A stretch of 64,000 nucleotides of DNA. Source: Podarcis cretensis (taxonomy: Eukaryota). Positions 1-11,183 of the stretch are shown here, in pieces. Numbering within the stretch: position 1 is the first letter of the stretch; the number at the start of each line of letters is the position of its first letter. A model generated the notes under the pieces. The model did not search any database and was not told where the DNA came from. It was given only the letters and a program-made list of their open reading frames with translations. Location of the stretch: the NCBI GenBank assembly GCA_951804945.1, contig OX638149.1, forward strand, positions 103,478,001 to 103,542,000, in the 5' to 3' direction. A program made the position numbers and the translations under genes.

Positions 1-633
1 AGGTGTCAAAATGTCTGAGCGATACGCATCATACAGTGAGTGCCTCTCCTCCCGTTGCTGACTGTTGGCACTGGGAGCTAGGCAACGCAGCAGCACAATG
101 TTGTCATGCCACTAGTTGTGTTTAACTGGATGTCACGAGAAAGTGGTGGTGGAGGGCGGAAAGATGAGTTCAGCTGTCCCCCAACTCTCATAAAGTCTAG
201 TTCTGCCCTGTTTTTCTCCCTCTGAGGAGAAATGGTTGCCACTAGAGACAAGAGATACAGATATACAGTGCCAGAAGTACCTACGGGCCAACTTTCACCC
301 AGGCTCTTGGCACTACTGCACTGTCATGGTGTTTGTCAGCCTCTCTCACTGAGGATGTTTGGGGGAAGAGGAAGTACCTAGACATTGTGTTTACAGGAAA
401 GCTCAGTGAAGCGTAGGCCTGGGCAGTGGGGGAGAAAGGGAAATTTGGTGGAGGCGAAGGAGTATGCTATCCCCTGAGGACCAGCATTTCTCTCAGGAGA
501 AACATAGATAGTAAGCTCTGTCAATTCAGTCGCAAGGCAGATTTTGTGCTGCAGTGTGGACGTTTGCTATGAACAAGACATGTTCTGGAGTTCATATGCA
601 TTGCATGGTTTGTCTATGGAATCTGCATTGCTA

Positions 634-634
634 A

Positions 635-681
<47 letters not shown>
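634..681. repeat. (AAAG)n microsatellite
   Basis: Perfect AAAG tandem run abutting the (AAT)n tail of the L2 fragment. Confidence 0.95.
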
Positions 682-682
<1 letters not shown>

Positions 683-1044
683 ATAATAATAATAATTTAT
701 TATTTATACCCCACCCATCTGGCTGAGTCTCCCCAGCCACTCTGGGCGGCTCCCAATCAAGTGTTAAAAACAATACAGCATTAAATATTCAAAACTTCCC
801 TGAACAGGGCTGCCTTCAGATGTCTTTTAAAGATAGGATAGCTGCTTATTTCCTTCACATCTGAAGGGAGGGTGTTCCACAGGGTGGGTGCCACTACCGA
901 GAAGGCCCTCTGTCTGGTTCCCTGTAACCTCACTTCTCACAATGAGGGAACCGCCAAAAGGCCCTCGGCACTGGATCTCAGTGTTCGGGCTGAACGATGG
1001 GGGTGGAGACGCTCCTTCAGGTATACAGGACCGAGGCCGTTTAG
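682..1044 (-). mobile_element. L2-clade LINE 3' end (ORF2 C-terminus, 3'UTR, (ATT)n tail), 5'-truncated
   Basis: Minus strand translates to NGLGPVYLKERLHPHRSARTLRSSAEGLLAVPS...RQRAFSVVAPTLWNTLPSDVK...FKRHLKAALF, the typical L2 ORF2 C-terminal pattern. It is followed by GCCCAGAGTGGCTGGGG...GGTATAAATAATAAATTATT, a tail that recurs at ~28300, ~38930 and ~61975. Confidence 0.85.
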
Positions 1045-1974
1045 AAAGAGCAAATTAACCTTGTCTTGCCTGTTCCTGCAGCATGCAGGTGTGCATCCTG
1101 CATCCTTCAACATCCCTCCTGAATTCCCTATTGCTCACTACTTAGAAACTGTGGTATTAAGTGGTATATAAATCATTGTCTTTAAATACATTCATGGCCT
1201 TCCAAGAGCCTGAGCCTTCACAGTCTGAGACTTCTAGGGGTGTCTGCCTGCCCCAGGTGGCTTGTAGTAAAGAGGCAGGTTCTGCTAAGTAGAAGTGGAC
1301 AGGACCCCACAGTGTTACCTAGTGGCAGCTGAAGCAGGCTGTTTCTGGGCAGCTTATGTCTCTTGCAATTAAAGGTAGTGGGGCAGTTACATCATCAAGT
1401 TATTCTGGTGGGAATTAAGCAGCTGCACACTGTATGGCTCCTTGGGGCTTCTTGCTTCCTTGGTCACTAGGCAGTTCTCATCATCCTACTCTTGTCAGAC
1501 CAGCCTCATGATATGCCAGCTTTAGAGGCGTAAGGACCATTGTCACAACAGTGCCCAGCAATCGATAAATCAGTGTTTTTTCCAATGGAGCTTTCAAGAT
1601 CAGTCCTAAAAGTAGTTTTTCACAGCTACTAAATGGCCCAGAGAGATTTAATAGGTTTAAGGGTTGCTCTTTTTTTGTAGTCTTGGTGCCAGAGGAGAAG
1701 TTGCACCTTCAGCACTCTGGAAGGTATGGGAATCCTATCCAAGTCAGCAGTCACCAACCCTGCAAGAAAGTCTCCTGACATGTGAGAACCACCACAGGAA
1801 GGTTTTCAGCTCCCGCCTTCCTAAAGGAGAAGGACTGAGAGCAACATCTTCGAAGGGGTATCTCTAGAGCCAAGGTGAAACTGTTCAACCTCCCTTGTTA
1901 TTTCCAGGAGGTGTAATTCTGTTAATGTTATGTTGTTGCATTGATATGCTGCTTCCCCTCCCCCTTTTGGTATA

Positions 1975-2200
1975 TAGCGGTACCTCGGATTAAGTACTTA
2001 ATTCGTTCCGGAGGTTTGTTCTTAACCTGAAACTGTTCTTAACCTGAAGCACCACTTTAGCTAATGGGGCCTCCCCCTGCCACTGCGCCGCCGCCACACA
2101 ATTTCTGTTCTTATCCTGAAGCAAAGTTCTTAACTCAAGGTAATATTTCTGGGTTAGCGGAGTCTGTAACCTGAAGCGTATGTAACCCAAGGTACCACTG
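1975..2200. mobile_element. Tc1/mariner-superfamily (pogo/Tigger-like) MITE, copy 1
   Basis: TIR (C/T)AG(T/C)GGTACCTC...GGTACCACTG flanked by TA on both sides; highly similar copies at 31453 and 53117. Confidence 0.85.
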
Positions 2201-2537
2201 TATTTGCTATTATGTTGCTGTTTTATTATTCTGGTTATTATGAAATTGTTCCTGAGATAGTTGATTTGGAGATGCATTGCTGCCCTCTTTGTTGCAAGCC
2301 ATGTTGAGCACAGTTGTTGTGTGTGGAAAACGTGGTACAAAAACCCCCAGCAACAACCCCAAAAGCCTTTCAGTCGGGCAGATGCTATTTATTTATGTGA
2401 TCATTGTAAGTGAAAGGAAGCAAAACAGAGGCATTTGTTCTGTGTAAGTGCATTTTGCCCACCGGAGATTTTACTGTATAACAAAGGGACACCCAATGAC
2501 AGTCCCACCGGCTTGTTTTAGGAGACATGGCTCTCAA

Positions 2538-2652
2538 CAGAGTGTTTGTTGTGGGGGAGAAAGGGAAAGGAGAATGTTAGCTGCTTTGAGACTCCTTCGG
2601 GTAGTGATAAAGCGGGATATCAAATCCAAACTACTACTACTACTACTACTAC

Positions 2653-2683
<31 letters not shown>

Positions 2684-2713
2684 CTTCTTCTTCTTCTTCT
2701 TCTTCTTCTTCTT
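2538..2713 (+). mobile_element. 5'-truncated Squam3-like SINE with (CTA)n(CTT)n tail
   Basis: Matches the 3' half of the full copy at 18031 (CAGAGTGTTTGTTGTGGGGG...GCGGGATATCAAATCCAAACT). The tail is expanded into a microsatellite; possible TSD TCTCAA. Confidence 0.75.
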
Positions 2714-3473
2714 CTCAAGGTTCCTGAATTTCTACAAGTTTTGATGATGTAATAGGAGTCTCTATTATCAGAGGCATTTTGATTCCCTGACTCCAATAAA
2801 AATATGGCGGTAGACAACAGGAGATTATGAAATGCCCTTTGAGGACAAGAGATTAAGTACAGAGCACTTATGTCTGAGAAACGGTGTAGTTTTAGAAAAT
2901 ATGATCAAACTAGCAAGAGAATGAGAGGCAGGGGGAGGAAAGGATAACAAATTGCAGAATCCGGCCTCAGCAAGGACAGAAGCTACAGCTGACCTGCGAG
3001 AAAATATGGCTGAGCTAAAACACTCATTAGCTAGAGGAAAAAAGGAAGAAAGTTTTTGTTTGCTGTTTGTACCATGATCTTAAAATGCAAGTCTGTAAGC
3101 AGTAAGACACCCCAAAAATGAGGAAGGAATGTTGCATTCTGCAGGCAAGGGTGCCACGAGATCCCATCAGAAAAAAAAACAACCTATGTATTTGACTAAG
3201 TAAGCATTTTGTGGAATTGGTTGTTTCCTTCCTTGTTCTTTCTTTGGTGCTGAGGTAAGGGATTGTCATTTTTATCACCAGTTCTTGTAACATGTGTGTC
3301 ATTGTCAAAGATTTTACTGCGCCTGTTATTTTTAGTGCCAGATCAAAAATTTCAAAGGCAATGAATATTGCAGGGTGTTTGTATTTTATTTTATTTTATT
3401 TTTTACTTTAGGGTGGGGTGTGGGAGGTTTCTGCAAAATGCAAGCTGCTTGTTGTGTTTAAACTGAGCTGGAA

Positions 3474-3518
<45 letters not shown>

Positions 3519-3570
3519 TTTATATACTGCCCTTCATCACAAGATCTCAGGGTGGTTTACAAAATAAAAA
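3474..3570 (-). mobile_element. short L2-type 3' tail with (AAT)n microsatellite
   Basis: (AAT)n followed by TTTATATACTGCCCTTCATCACAAGATCTCAGGGTGGTTTACA, the reverse complement of an L2-type terminus. Confidence 0.55.
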
Positions 3571-3654
3571 GAGATGTTCAAAAGTGACAGAGTTTGAGCC
3601 ATGTCAGTATAGGAAGGTTTGCATCTGCTCACTGTTTAGCTCTGAAGGTGATGT

Positions 3655-3797
3655 TATACCAAGACAGATCACCGGTCCATCTTCCCTGACTGACAGTGAT
3701 TCTCCAGGATTTCAAGCAAGAGTCTTTCTCAGTCTACCTGGAGAAGCGGGGGACTGAACTTAGGATTTTCTGTGTGCAAAGCAGGCCACTGAGCTAC
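3655..3797 (-). mobile_element. degraded tRNA(Ala-like)-derived SINE
   Basis: Ends in CCACTGAGCTAC (RC of GTAGCTCAGTGG, A-box); body resembles copies at 31900, 38790, 49290 and 56297. Confidence 0.55.
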
Positions 3798-3997
3798 AGA
3801 GACAAACAAGAAACAGACAATGTGAAAAGGCAGCTGAACTCCTTCCTGCACCACCGTGAAAATGCATTCATTTCAGGCCAGCCTAGGTACATGGCAACTT
3901 GGGGATGGATCTTAATAAGAGGATTAATCTGGCAACCCTACCTCTGACACATGACTTTACAAGCCAGGAGGCAACAGAATTAAGCAACTAAAAGTTA

Positions 3998-4039
<42 letters not shown>

Positions 4040-4877
4040 GCTTAGGGTGTAAATGCAGCATATTCAGAGCACATGTATGTAGCATAATATTAAAGAAAGC
4101 CGTGGGAATCCAACTTCAAAGCTGAGCTAGGCAACTATATGTTAGGATACCCTCCCCCCACAGTAGGAGATTAAACACTCGTTTTGCAATATGCCCCAAC
4201 TAAGAATTTACTGCTGCCTGTTATTTTTAGCAGCAGAAGAGAGATTAAACGAAATCCGGGATTATTTCAGACAGTGTTAGAAATGAGCAATTTTTTTTTT
4301 TTTTTATCACTGGGATCAGTCTGACCCAGTTGAGATTTGATAAGGCTTTGGTGCTTCTTTCTGAAATACTCACAAATGCTAAAGTTCCTCAGGCCAAGTT
4401 GTCCTTCAGTGGGGCAGAACAGAAAGTCTAGGGGGAGGGAAATTGGCCATGAGGTAATATCCCCCCCCACACTTCAAAACAAACAAGCACATCCTTCCTT
4501 TCCATGACACACCCCGTACACCCCAGGGCTTTTCAAATGACATTTCTTAAATGCAAATGAGTGCAATGATAGGCCGCTGGTCTGACTGTATAGGGTAGCT
4601 TCCCATGCTCCTATGAAGGGAGAGTAAGACAAGCAGGGTGATATGCCAACACTGAGAATGGACTATAGCTGCTGCACCTTCTTTTCCTTCGTTCTTCTCT
4701 TTTGTTGATGGGGAAAGGGGAAAACAGGAATATGGAAGGCCGAAAGATGAGGAAAAGCTTCTGCAACAGTGTTTCGGTTCATAAACCCCTTGGTGGCAGT
4801 GTGGCAAATTTTGAAGAGCTGGCTCCTGTTGTCACCTCCCTTCAAGGAGAGTCCAAAAATATGGACAGTGCTTTCAA

Positions 4878-5935
4878 TTCAATTTAAAGCACCATGATAC
4901 TACTTTAAACGGTCATGGCTTTCCCCAGGAAATCCTAGGAACTGCCATTTATTAAAGGTGTTAAGAGCTGTTAGGAGATCCCTGTTCCCTTCACAGAGCT
5001 GCCATTGCATGTGTAGGTCCCCAGGCCACCCCTCAAATAACTTCACACATAACACGTAATTTTAGTTTTGGTTTTTGGGCACTATTTTGGCCACAACTTT
5101 ATTAAAATACAAAATCAGTGAGTGGTTGTTTAGACATTGGTTATGACTATCTGTCCCCCCGCCTGGGACAGAACTGACATCCCGAGGTCCGATCGGTAGC
5201 CAGTAGAAGGGAAAGTCAAACTTGGGGGTCATTTGAGCTAAGCCTCAGACCCATGCCGCTCACCCCAGCAGCTCCCCGAAAGCTTGCCGGCCCTGGTCCC
5301 ATGACAGGGATTGGACGGCCCTGGTCCCATGATAGGGATTGGATGAAATCGAGGCAAGCCCCAGGATTCCTTTAACGGAATTCCCTTTAGTGCAATAGGA
5401 GGGGCAGGCACAGCCTATCCTGACCCCTCCACCACCAGCATATTATAACCAATGCCTAACCGCAACCTTACAAGTTGTGACGAATTGCTGAGTAGTAGGC
5501 AAAAACCAAATGGCACAGCCAATCACCAAATGGCAAAATTCCTACTAGGCCCCTGCGCCAAGGCAGACGACCCCATGACAGGCAAAGCAAGGTCAACCGG
5601 AAAAGAGGGCGGGCGGGCGGGCGGGTGATCCGATGCGCTCTGCAAAGAGAAAGAGAAACCAGAGTGCACCAATATTTAAAGACTATGGTCCCGCCCACCC
5701 AATTTGCAACATACAATTTGCCCCAGCAACCCGGTTATCCAATCATAATGCCAGGCAACAACTATTAACCTGCCTGGCAACAAGAGGCCTGGCCCGGTGG
5801 CCCACACCGCAACACGTGCTCTCATTTATTGGAGAACACACTTTCCCAGAATTCCCTGGGAAGAGGTGTGAGCTGTTAAACCCCTATGGGAACCGTCACT
5901 GTGAGGGGAATAAGCCTCTCCTAACAACTCTCATG
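4878..5935. mobile_element. palindromic non-autonomous DNA transposon (MITE) split by a solo LTR
   Basis: Left arm ...GAGCTGTTAGGAGATCCCTGTTCCCTTCACAGAGCT approximately reverse-complements right arm ...CTGTGAGGGGAATAAGCCTCTCCTAACAACTCTC; a related remnant lies at ~18835-18985. Confidence 0.65.
5012..5814 (-). mobile_element. solo LTR (probably Gypsy/Ty3- or ERV-type), 803 bp
   Basis: TG...CA termini (TGTAGG at 5012, GCAACA at 5814); 4-bp flanks CATG (5008-5011) and CGTG (5815-5818) differing by one CpG transition. Minus-strand order: CCAAT boxes, GC box (5691-5696), TTTAAATA (~5673-5680), then AATAAA (5103-5098). GC/CpG-rich relative to its flanks. Confidence 0.75.
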
Positions 5936-6149
5936 CCTAGTGTATAGTGCAGGTGGGGACACACACACACTCATACATGCCCCACCCAAAAGAAAAGCAG
6001 TGCACTGCATAATTCCCAGTTCATTAGGATCAGTTGCCATAGAACAGATGTTCACAGAACATTGAACTTTAACACACTGAGCTTCAACAAGGCATAAGGA
6101 GGGTAGTTTCCCATTTCTGCTACACTCCACCATTTTCTTCCTTTCTTGA

Positions 6150-6283
6150 TTAGTTTTAGATCCAATCTTTCCTCCAAGGAGCTTAAGGCAGAATACAGAG
6201 TTCCCTAGTAAGGTTTGTGGCGGAGTTGAGATTTGAACCCAGAACCTCCTTGTCCTAGTCCAACACTCTAACCATTACACCAC
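6150..6283 (-). mobile_element. degraded MIR/CORE-type tRNA SINE, internally deleted
   Basis: GATTTGAACCC (RC B-box) and CTCTAACCATTACACCACA (RC A-box); similar to the copy at 36883. Confidence 0.55.
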
Positions 6284-7714
6284 AGGAGCATAGCAGACAT
6301 GGGAAACTTTCCATTAACGGTATTGCACTTGAGATGGCTAGGAACTGCCATGCAGATGTTCCTTAACACTATCCTAGGTCACTAGAGCAAATCATAACGT
6401 ATGGAACAGGAAAGTATATAATGATGATGCTTGTATCTAGTGGTATGTAATGACAATGATTCCTCTCATCATCATTTGGATTCTGTCTCTCTCACACACA
6501 CACTCAAACTTGTACGCTAAGTGAAAGCTACAGTACAGGATTGAATTATAGACCATTCAGTTTTCCCCTTGCTGTGATCAACACTGCAGAGTATAACATT
6601 ACAGAAAGATAGAAAGGTAAAAAGGGATAAAGTCATATAAAGAGAAGTTCAAATGCAATAAATGGGATTTTGTGTGTGCATGTGGGTATACTGGATTTCT
6701 TGCCACTTTCAAGCTAACCCCCTTAGTTCACTTCAATACAATCACTGAAGTAGCTGGGAAAAGAGACAAAAATATATGCTTTGATATGGTAGATCAACCC
6801 CAAAGTTTCCCCTCCTAATAAAATAAAATAAAAGTCTCTTTTGTATATACCGTTTACAATGCAAATCTCAAGTTAGTGATTTCAGGCTCACTTCATGAGG
6901 GACAAAGAAGTATCTAGACACACAATGATAGATAAAATAGAATAGATCTGCAATGACAGGACATCTTTGATAGTTCAACAAAAGTTTTAAAAATAAATGA
7001 AAATCATTTATTTTCCCTGGCTACCTTGAATTAGCTCTGTGTGTGTTTGTATGCATAGATGGGCCTGGGTGAGAATGTTGCTGTATCATTACATAAACTT
7101 AGCAAGCCATATGGTTAAACAGCACCAGTTTGCATCAATCAGTACCTCTCTCTTATGGGTAGGATTCCCCCCTTCCTTTTAAAAAAGGAAAACATAACAA
7201 TATGCTTGGAAAGTGAACACCTGAGTTGGCTGCCTGATTATAGAAAGCAAACACATTTTAAGAGCCAAGTTCCTGAAACATCTGCTGGATTTTAAAATCT
7301 CTCCATCTTTATTAAGTAAAGAGAGAATAACATGGGTTCCGGAGTATTACATCAAGGATTGTGACTTGTTATATATTTTCTTTTGGATTTAGATGAATCT
7401 GCCTTTTGGTTTATAGGCAGTCTGCTCCTATTGCAAAAATACCCATTTTAAAAGAATGCTGTTGTAGGTAAGTAGGCCAAATGAAAAAAAAAATGTTGGA
7501 TTTTTATATGCTGCCTTTAACATTCAAAATAACTCTTGAAAAGGGTCGGCCAAGTCACACTTTAGAAAATACCTCTCAAACAAAAGTCTACTTCCTTCAC
7601 TTCTTTTTTCAAGCAAGAGTCCTCTTGTTTGTTTTTAGTCTTTCCACACAATTTGGGTGGGTGTGGTTGCACAATAATTGTGCATTTCCTCCCCATAATT
7701 CCAGATAAGCATTG

Positions 7715-7716
<2 letters not shown>

Positions 7717-7754
<38 letters not shown>
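7717..7754. repeat. (GT)n microsatellite
   Basis: Perfect dinucleotide run. Confidence 0.95.
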
Positions 7755-7755
<1 letters not shown>

Positions 7756-9312
7756 TCCTTCACTCTCAGCAGCAGGAAGGCAGACATACAGACTGCATAG
7801 CACATGGCGCCTAATCTGTGTGGTCCATCAGGATCTGGCATCCTCCACCAATCAGGATTGCAGGAATAGCAGACTTGGGTTGTAATCCTATGCACACGCA
7901 GTGGGAACCCCATTGAATGCAGCGGTTGATACTTAACTTTGCCTGAGTGGGCTTCCACTTGGACAATTCGGGTTCTTCTGCTCCCCCTGCAGTCTGGGCT
8001 TCCCCATCCCCAGGGGTGGAGGAAAGGGGCTGTGGTGGGTGCGGACGGACCTGGATGTCACCGCTGAGGAGGGTGACAAAATGCTGGGCGGGGACGGCAG
8101 CACACCTGAGCCACGTGTCTCTCATGGGAGAGATGTGGTGGCTTGGGTGTGCATAGGATCTGCGCTGTCCAAACGGTCCACCTGCTGCCTCCCCCCCCCA
8201 GCTGCCTCCCCCCTTCCCTGCCCCTATGGGTGGCTCGCCCCACCCCTGGGCATGCTGCCTGAGCAGCTTCCTCCGCCACTGCCCATCCCCACCCCAGTGC
8301 TCTAGCAGGCTCCCCAGTTCCCCAGAGTAGATTTTTTTTGGGGGGGGGGGGTGGATGGGGAAGGAGTGGAAGGGGAAGCCTTGTTGCAAAAGTGGATTTG
8401 TTTGAAGTCAGGCACAATTGTATGCCATATCACTTTTGACAAGTATAGGAGCACACTGTTAGCCTTATGAAGAGTCAGCCCATGGTCTGTTGAGCCCAGG
8501 TGTATCTACTTTGACTGACAATGGATCCCTGCAAAGCACGTACTCTACCACTGTGCTATGGTTCTGTGCCTTAGAACAATTCCATTCCTGCCTGTTAGGG
8601 CTATCTGGAGATTCCCTAATCTGTAGGTAGGAATAGGGATGCAAGAAAGCAGCCGTTTCCATTCCAACCTGTATTCATCAGAACCAGTGCTGTTTCTGTT
8701 CTGCTGCAGTTCAACTTCCATCAAAAACAATGTTTGTCCTGCTGTCCACTGGCTGAATTTAATGTAATCTGGGACATCGTTAATTCCACAATTCCGCTCC
8801 ATTCCTTTCACTACAAAGCGGATTGATTTCAATTCATACTAAATGTCAGGAAAGGGGTGGGTATAATTAATGATGAATCATTTGCAGACCAACACCACTC
8901 CCCCTGAATAACGAATATGAATCAGATTTGCTTGCCTGATTCCTATTCCTGGCAGCAAACGTGCATGCAAATCTGCAGAAGTTCCCGCTTTTGTTTCCAC
9001 TGAGCGCAGAATTAATTGCCATCCCTCGATAGGAATGAGGCTGTTTCTGCACCCAGGTTTGTGTCTGCTTGCATGTGGGGCCTCCTCAAGCTCTCTTTAA
9101 GCTGATGGAATCTGTCAACAAACAAACAAGCAAACAAGAATTCATAGAGCCGCTGTTACGAAATGCTAGATTAAAGCCAGGGAGTGTTCCTTTAAAACCA
9201 GAGAAACCCAGTTTAACTTGCCTCACAGGGTTGTTGTGGGGACAAAACGGTGGAAAGCATCATATGTGCCACCCTGAGGAGAAAGTGTGTGAAAAAATGT
9301 CATAAATTAAAA

Positions 9313-9673
9313 TAATACAAATCCATAATGCTTTGACTGTAAAAAAAAGCCAGGGAAGCAGAACTTTTAGCAGCTCTTGATGGTGCCAGGATAGCTCAGT
9401 CAGTAGAGCAGGAGACTCGTAATCTCAGTGTCATGGGCTTGACCCCCAGGTTGGGCAAAAGATTCCTGCATTGCAGAGGGATGGACTAGAATTCAGTGTT
9501 TCCCAACCTTGTGCCTCCAGCTGTTTTTGGACTACAATTCCCATCATCCCTTGCCACTGGTCTTGCTAGTCAGGGATGATGGGAGTTGTAGTTCAAAAAC
9601 AGCTGGAGGCACAAGGTTGGGAAACACTGGACTAGATGACCCTCATGGTCTCTTCCACCTCTACAATTCTATG
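9313..9673 (+). mobile_element. tRNA-Lys(CTT)-derived SINE with CR1-type 3' tail and a 5' leader, interrupted by a MITE
   Basis: From 9385, GCCAGGATAGCTCAGTCAGTAGAGCAGGAGACTCGTAATCTCAG resembles tRNA-Lys(CTT). The tail GACTAGATGACCCTC...CTCTACAATTCTATG is a CR1 3' end. Leader 9313-9384 is shared with the copy at 46174. Confidence 0.8.
9494..9629. mobile_element. hAT-type palindromic MITE (136 bp)
   Basis: Near-perfect fold-back CAGTGTTTCCCAACCTTGTGCCTCCAGCTGTTTTTG...CAAAAACAGCTGGAGGCACAAGGTTGGGAAACACTG; host SINE sequence GACTAGA is duplicated on both sides. Confidence 0.85.
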
Positions 9674-11047
9674 CAAGTTGCGTTTTTTTGAAGTGCTCTG
9701 ATGATACCTATGAGTTTCAATGATAAAAACCTTTGTCAAGATTGTTGGCAGAGAAAACTTGGCAGGAACGGGATAGGATGGAATGTATGTGTGTGTGCGT
9801 GTGTGTGTGTGTGTGCCCCACCACTCAATCAAAACCTACAAACCACTGATCTGTATGTTAAGCCTATTGGCACATGCAAGGCAATTTTGTTGCATGACCT
9901 ACTGGGGAAAAACCAGTAAAAATAGAAGTCAAATCACTTAAAGAACTGCTGTTTAGTGAGTTAGAATGAATGAAGTCTTTCGTGAGTTTGTGCTAGCAGA
10001 TTCATCGCTGTTTCTGTTCTAGCCGTTCCCCTAGCTGAGTCTCAACTGCCCCAGGCAGTCTTTTTGAGGACACTTGACCTGTCAGTCATATTTCAGAAAC
10101 TACTGATATGGTACTTGCTGATTTAGTTTAGATTCCAAACAGGCTAGCTGCTGGATTACAGACTAATGACCCATCCGATGCTGAAGGCAAAGGCTTAAAG
10201 TGCGGGAGTGAATTAAGCCTCCACGTTGTCTGTAGGGGGAGAATTTATTATGTCATTAAATTTGATTCAATAAATTTTCTTTCTTTTCGATGCAGTGTGT
10301 TGAGCGAAAAGCAAAGAAGCAAATTCCACCCTGAGCACTGGCGTTTTTGTTTGCCTGCTTTCGTTTACATCGGATGCAGGTAAATCATTGCGGTGATATG
10401 CAGAGAAGCTCGGGTGATGCGCAGCTGAAGCTCTGAAATATCAATAGGAATGATAGGTTGGGGAAGCTGCACGGCTGATTAACTAAGCCTGGGTGCCTAT
10501 GAACCAGGCTCATTTGAATACATGCTCCAGTTGGTAAATACATAGGAAAGTGAGGCTTGGCTTTCTTTGATGACCCCTTAGGTGTGGTTTCAAGGGAATA
10601 TTCAATGAAATACCAAACCTCCGCAGTGTAAAGATATTAGCATTGCGTTATAGATAGCAGTCCAGATCTATTGCGAGGCGGGTAACCTCTGAGTCAAATG
10701 AGGATTGAGGGTCGGTTTGCCGAAGTAGATGGAAGTATACAAATGCAAAGATTGCTCCAATAATTTGAGAATCTTCAACATTTGGTGTTGTATCTGCCTA
10801 CATATGTTTCAGGGTTGTGTTGCAGCAACAGATAAGGGTGTTTATAAATAATAACAAATAGATTTCAGGAAAAGAGTAGCATGATTTTGTTGTTGTTGTT
10901 GCTCCACATATGTAGCAGCTAATAAAAATTATTTGGGGAATTAAGGAGAATTTAAGTACTGCTGCACTAAGCACATAATTGAATGGGGGAGTAGGGGAAG
11001 TGATTCCACTTAACCTACATTTAGATTGCCAGTGTTACATATTGTGG

Positions 11048-11183
11048 CAAGGGTAGGGAACTTGTCTCACTCCAAATTTTGGACTACAATTCCCATCAGG
11101 CCAAGCTGTCTTGGCTAATGGTCAGGGATGATGGGAGTTGTAGTCCAACAATATCTGGAGGCCCAAAGGTTCCCCAGTCCCTG
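11048..11183. mobile_element. hAT-type palindromic MITE
   Basis: GGACTACAATTCCCATCA...GATGGGAGTTGTAGTCC core; 8-bp TSD TATTGTGG/TATTATGG. Older relatives at ~12960-13077, ~29877-29987, ~41270-41400 and ~53473-53593. Confidence 0.75.

Noticed and set aside
209-503. Weak inverted similarity (CTGAGGAGAAATG / CATTTCTCTCAG)
   Set aside because: Too degenerate to define ends or a TSD; at most an old MITE remnant.
2448-2817. ORFs with poly-L, poly-F and poly-R runs
   Set aside because: Translations of the (CTA)n(CTT)n SINE tail.
7416-7473. Plus-strand donor TAG|GTAAGT with upstream AG candidates
   Set aside because: Ambiguous acceptor, no recognisable coding content; likely a pseudo-site.
7811-8417. 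192-aa and 119-aa minus-strand ORFs in a GC-rich patch
   Set aside because: Low-complexity G/P-rich translation with non-ATG starts, no domain motif and no clear splice signals; stop-poor simply because GC is high.
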